Shown piece after piece: positions 61,309 through 64,000 of a stretch of DNA of 64,000 nt. The stretch is from Chrysiogenia bacterium (GTDB lineage Bacteria; Acidobacteriota; Aminicenantia; UBA2199): NCBI GenBank assembly GCA_043826505.1, contig JBDRQC010000004.1, forward strand, positions 524,974 to 588,973, in the 5' to 3' direction. Position 1 is the stretch's first letter; every line of letters starts with the position of its first letter. The notes below the pieces were generated by a model that was given only the letters and a program-made list of their open reading frames with translations, searched no databases and was not told the origin of the DNA. The translations under genes and the position numbers were made by a program.

Positions 61309-62361
61309 TCAAGAAATTACGGTGGAAACAGCCAATTGGCCGCAGGCAGAACGGATGTCCTCCCCCTTGGAGCAGCGGGTAGTAACGGTCAGGCCGTGTT
61401 TGACAAGCACAGCGCGGAATTTTTCCACCGCTGCTTCGTCGGGACGCTTGAAAGACAAGGATGGGTTTTCGTTGTAGGGGATGAGGTTGACCTTGGCCGG
61501 GATGCCGTGCAGCAGCCGCACCAGCTGCCTGGCCTGGGCCTGGGAATCATTCACGCCGCCCAGCAGCACGTATTCACAAGTGAGGCGCCGGCGGCGCTTG
61601 TGCCCACGGAAATGGGCCAGCAGGTTGTCCAAATTCTCGCGGTTAGATACCGGCATCAACTCGGCGCGCAGAATCGCATCCGGGGCGTTCAGCGAAAAGG
61701 CGATCCCGACCTGGGGAAAATCTCTTTCCAGTTTTTTCAGGTTTTCCAGCATGCCGGCCGTGGACACAGTGACATGCCGGGGCGAGATGGCTAGGCCTTC
61801 GGCTGCGCCGATGGTGCGCAGGGCCTGTGCCAGGTTGTCGTAGTTGAGCAGCGGTTCGCCCATGCCCATGAAAACAAGGTTCAGACTGCCGCCGCAGTCG
61901 CCCAATTCTTTTTTCAAAGTCAGCACCTGGGTGAGTATTTCACCGCTGCTCAGGTTGCGGCGGAACCCCATGCTGCCAGTGGCGCAGAAAGCGCAGGCCA
62001 GGGGGCAACCCACCTGTGTCGAAAGGCAGAAAGTGTAATGGTCTTTTTCGCGGATAAGCACGGCTTCAATCTGCAAGCCGTCGGCCAGGCCGATGAGAAA
62101 TTTTCGCGTGCCCTTGTCGTCGCTGCGGCTTTCCAGAACGGGCCGGCATTCGCATTCATAAAGCTCCGCGATCCTTTCGCGGTCGATTTTGCCGATGTTG
62201 CTCCAGGTTGAAGGATCCTGGTTGTTTATATGATAGAGCCACTGGAAGACCTGGCGGGCGGTAAAAACACGGAAGCCGGCAGCGCCCAGTTCATCTTTTA
62301 ATTCATATAATTGGCGTTCCAGGATCCAAGGCTTGTTGATCACTACTTTCATTAATCCCAT
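61309..62361 (-). CDS. rlmN: radical SAM 23S rRNA/tRNA adenine-C2 methyltransferase (RlmN/Cfr family)
   Basis: CLSTQVGCPLACAFCATG radical-SAM cluster, GMGEPLLNYD, CEYVLL..VNDS, C-terminal Cys; start taken at MGLMKVV (ORF extends to 62454). Confidence 0.8.
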   Translation of the reverse strand: MGLMKVVINKPWILERQLYELKDELGAAGFRVFTARQVFQWLYHINNQDPSTWSNIGKIDRERIAELYECECRPVLESRSDDKGTRKFLIGLADGLQIEAVLIREKDHYTFCLSTQVGCPLACAFCATGSMGFRRNLSSGEILTQVLTLKKELGDCGGSLNLVFMGMGEPLLNYDNLAQALRTIGAAEGLAISPRHVTVSTAGMLENLKKLERDFPQVGIAFSLNAPDAILRAELMPVSNRENLDNLLAHFRGHKRRRRLTCEYVLLGGVNDSQAQARQLVRLLHGIPAKVNLIPYNENPSLSFKRPDEAAVEKFRAVLVKHGLTVTTRCSKGEDIRSACGQLAVSTVIS

Positions 62362-62491
62362 GATAGCGCATCCGAGTGACAAGTGACAAGCAACGAGCAA
62401 TGAAAACGGCAATAACTCAAGCTCTTGCTGCTCCTTGTTGCTTGTCACTCGCATCTTTTCACTGCAGTTCGCTTCTGCTTTCCCCTATGCA

Positions 62492-62520
62492 TTGATTTGC
62501 AGAGGAAATAATATTATAAT
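62492..62520 (+). promoter_or_regulatory. sigma70-like promoter for aminotransferase gene
   Basis: TTGATT (62492-62497), 17-nt spacer, TATAAT (62515-62520); AGGAGG RBS 62538-62543; ATG 62548. Confidence 0.5.
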
Positions 62521-62547
62521 TTCCCTCTTAACGTTACAGGAGGAACC

Positions 62548-63735
62548 ATGAAGATATCCGCTCGCGCCCAAAGTATCCAGGAATCCCCGATCCGCAAACT
62601 TTCCGGCCTGGCCAACGCGGCCAAGAAAAGGGGGACCACCGTTTACCACCTGAATATCGGCCAACCTGACATCCAGACCCCGGACGTTTTCCTTAAAAAG
62701 ATCATCGAATACAAGGAAAAAGTTTTATCATACGGCCCGTCCGACGGCTTGGAGACTTTAAAGGAGGCCATGGTTCACTATTTCGATTACTTCAAGATCA
62801 AGCTGGAAAACAAGAACATCGTCATCGCCACCGGCGGCAGCGAGGCCATTTCATTCGCTTTCAACGCCGTGGCCGACCCGGGCGACGAGATCATCGTTTC
62901 CGAACCGTTCTATACCAACTACAACGGTTACGCCTCGCTTTGCAACGTCAAACTCGTGCCGGTGACCGCCAGGGCCGAGGAAGGTTTCCACCTCCCCGAA
63001 ATCAGCGAATTCGAAAAAAAGGTCACACAGAAAACACGTGCCGTGCTGCTCTGCTCCCCCAACAATCCCACCGGCACCGTGTATACCGTCGCCGAGCTGA
63101 AAGCCATCGGCGCCTTCGCCAAGAAGCACGACCTCTACCTTATTGCCGACGAGGTCTACAAGGAATTCACCTATGACGGCAAGATCCATTTCAGTGTCCT
63201 GCAGCTCGAGGGACTTGAGGACCGCGTCATTGTTGTCGACTCGATCTCCAAGCGCTACTCGGCCTGCGGCGCCCGCATCGGCGCGGTCATCTCGCGCAAC
63301 GAAGAAGTAATGAAGGGCATCGCCAAGTTCGCCCAGGCCCGGCTCTGCCCGCCGACCCTGGAACAGATCGGGGCCATCGGCGCCTACGAACTCCCCCACG
63401 ATTATTTCAAAGGTGTCATGGCCGAGTACCAGAAGCGCCGCGACATTTTGTGCGACATCCTGACCTCGCACCCGGGCATTATCCTGCAAAAGCCCGAAGG
63501 CGCCTTTTATATCATGGCCAAGCTGCCGATCAGCGACGGCGAAACTTTCGCCCGCTGGCTGCTCAACGATTTTACCGACCGGAACGAAACCGTGATGATT
63601 GCGCCGGGAGAGGGATTCTACAGCACGCCCGGCAAAGGCAAGGACGAAGTGCGCCTGGCTTATGTCATCGAGGCCGAAAAACTCGAACGCGCCGCCAGGC
63701 TTTTGCTTATCGCCCTCGATCGCTTCAAAAGCTGA
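62548..63735 (+). CDS. pyridoxal-phosphate-dependent aminotransferase, class I/II (aspartate/aromatic type)
   Basis: NIGQPD..., SNPTGTVY, DEVYKEF, SISKRYSACGARIG (PLP Lys) motifs. Confidence 0.85.
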   Translation: MKISARAQSIQESPIRKLSGLANAAKKRGTTVYHLNIGQPDIQTPDVFLKKIIEYKEKVLSYGPSDGLETLKEAMVHYFDYFKIKLENKNIVIATGGSEAISFAFNAVADPGDEIIVSEPFYTNYNGYASLCNVKLVPVTARAEEGFHLPEISEFEKKVTQKTRAVLLCSPNNPTGTVYTVAELKAIGAFAKKHDLYLIADEVYKEFTYDGKIHFSVLQLEGLEDRVIVVDSISKRYSACGARIGAVISRNEEVMKGIAKFAQARLCPPTLEQIGAIGAYELPHDYFKGVMAEYQKRRDILCDILTSHPGIILQKPEGAFYIMAKLPISDGETFARWLLNDFTDRNETVMIAPGEGFYSTPGKGKDEVRLAYVIEAEKLERAARLLLIALDRFKS

Positions 63736-64000
63736 ACGGATTCAAAGAGACAGATACAACAGCGGACAAATTGAAATCCCGCAAACATAAATTATTTAAA
63801 CAAATTATTGTTTTGTAATTAAAACAGGTCTGCATAAATTTATTTGCCTCGCAAAGGATTTGCACGCAAATGATTTCATTAATTAAAGACAAATGAATTG
63901 CTAGTAAAATTGACATTGAAATTTCAACATGTTATAGAAAGATGGGAGGTCATATGCCAACAAAAAGAACAGTAATGCGAAGCTCCAAGGGAACCAAACT

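Noticed and set aside
62370-62455. Imperfect hairpin GTGACAAGCAACGAGCAA...TTGCTGCTCCTTGTTGCTTGTCAC as a riboswitch upstream of rlmN
   Set aside because: Partly made of the AGTGACA heptad repeat family seen at other spacers, so more likely part of that repeat element than a gene-specific riboswitch; no known riboswitch consensus recognised.

Overview
The window is a 64-kb stretch of a GC-rich (about 60-65% by eye) Gram-negative-type chromosome. This is inferred from the KDO pathway genes kdsA-kdsD-kdsC and outer-membrane beta-barrel proteins. It has three zones.

(1) 1-23 kb is housekeeping and accessory genes, almost all on the minus strand: cobO-like corrinoid adenosyltransferase, smc, a GNAT-histone deacetylase fusion on the plus strand, a tricorn-like S41 protease with a GNAT gene hidden under its artifactual ORF extension, an MscS channel, a cupin, a CopA-type P-type ATPase, a PDZ protein, an Asp/Glu racemase and an ICMT-like methyltransferase.

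(2) About 23.2-40.7 kb is an accessory array of about 25 small-to-medium genes, all on the minus strand, with abrupt gene-to-gene GC changes (very AT-rich from 33.9 to 38.7 kb). It carries nuclear transport factor 2-like (SnoaL) proteins, cupins, a pyridoxamine 5'-phosphate oxidase-like gene, a TfoX-N gene, small membrane proteins, a DegT aminotransferase, a frameshifted NTP-transferase/hexapeptide gene, a complete Gabija defence pair (gajA OLD-family ATPase-TOPRIM plus gajB UvrD-like helicase) and an Mrr type IV restriction enzyme. The intergenic spacers carry a recurring about 28-bp motif (plus strand TGTCATTTCAAGACCTGACCCTCATGCC) at or just after ORF stop codons, and a second motif (CACAAAGTCAAGCACC). 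Together with the gene content this makes the region look like an integron-like cassette array with non-canonical recombination sites and no integrase in view (a cluster of attC sites lacking an integrase, CALIN). This array is the main candidate for something new.

(3) 40.7-64 kb is core genes: a NYN/LOTUS protein, mfd, cca, folP, an M28 peptidase, the kds operon, a methylmalonyl-CoA mutase large subunit, an M19 dipeptidase, a patatin, thiS/thiF-like genes, rlmN and an aminotransferase. Their intergenic regions share a second repeat family of 7-bp tandem AGTGAYR heptads next to AT-rich CCAAAT/ATTTGG palindromes.

No rRNA, tRNA or CRISPR array was recognised. In about 29.6-31.2 kb the printed line numbers and the ORF-track coordinates disagree by about 10 nt. 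ORF coordinates follow the track; motif coordinates there are approximate.
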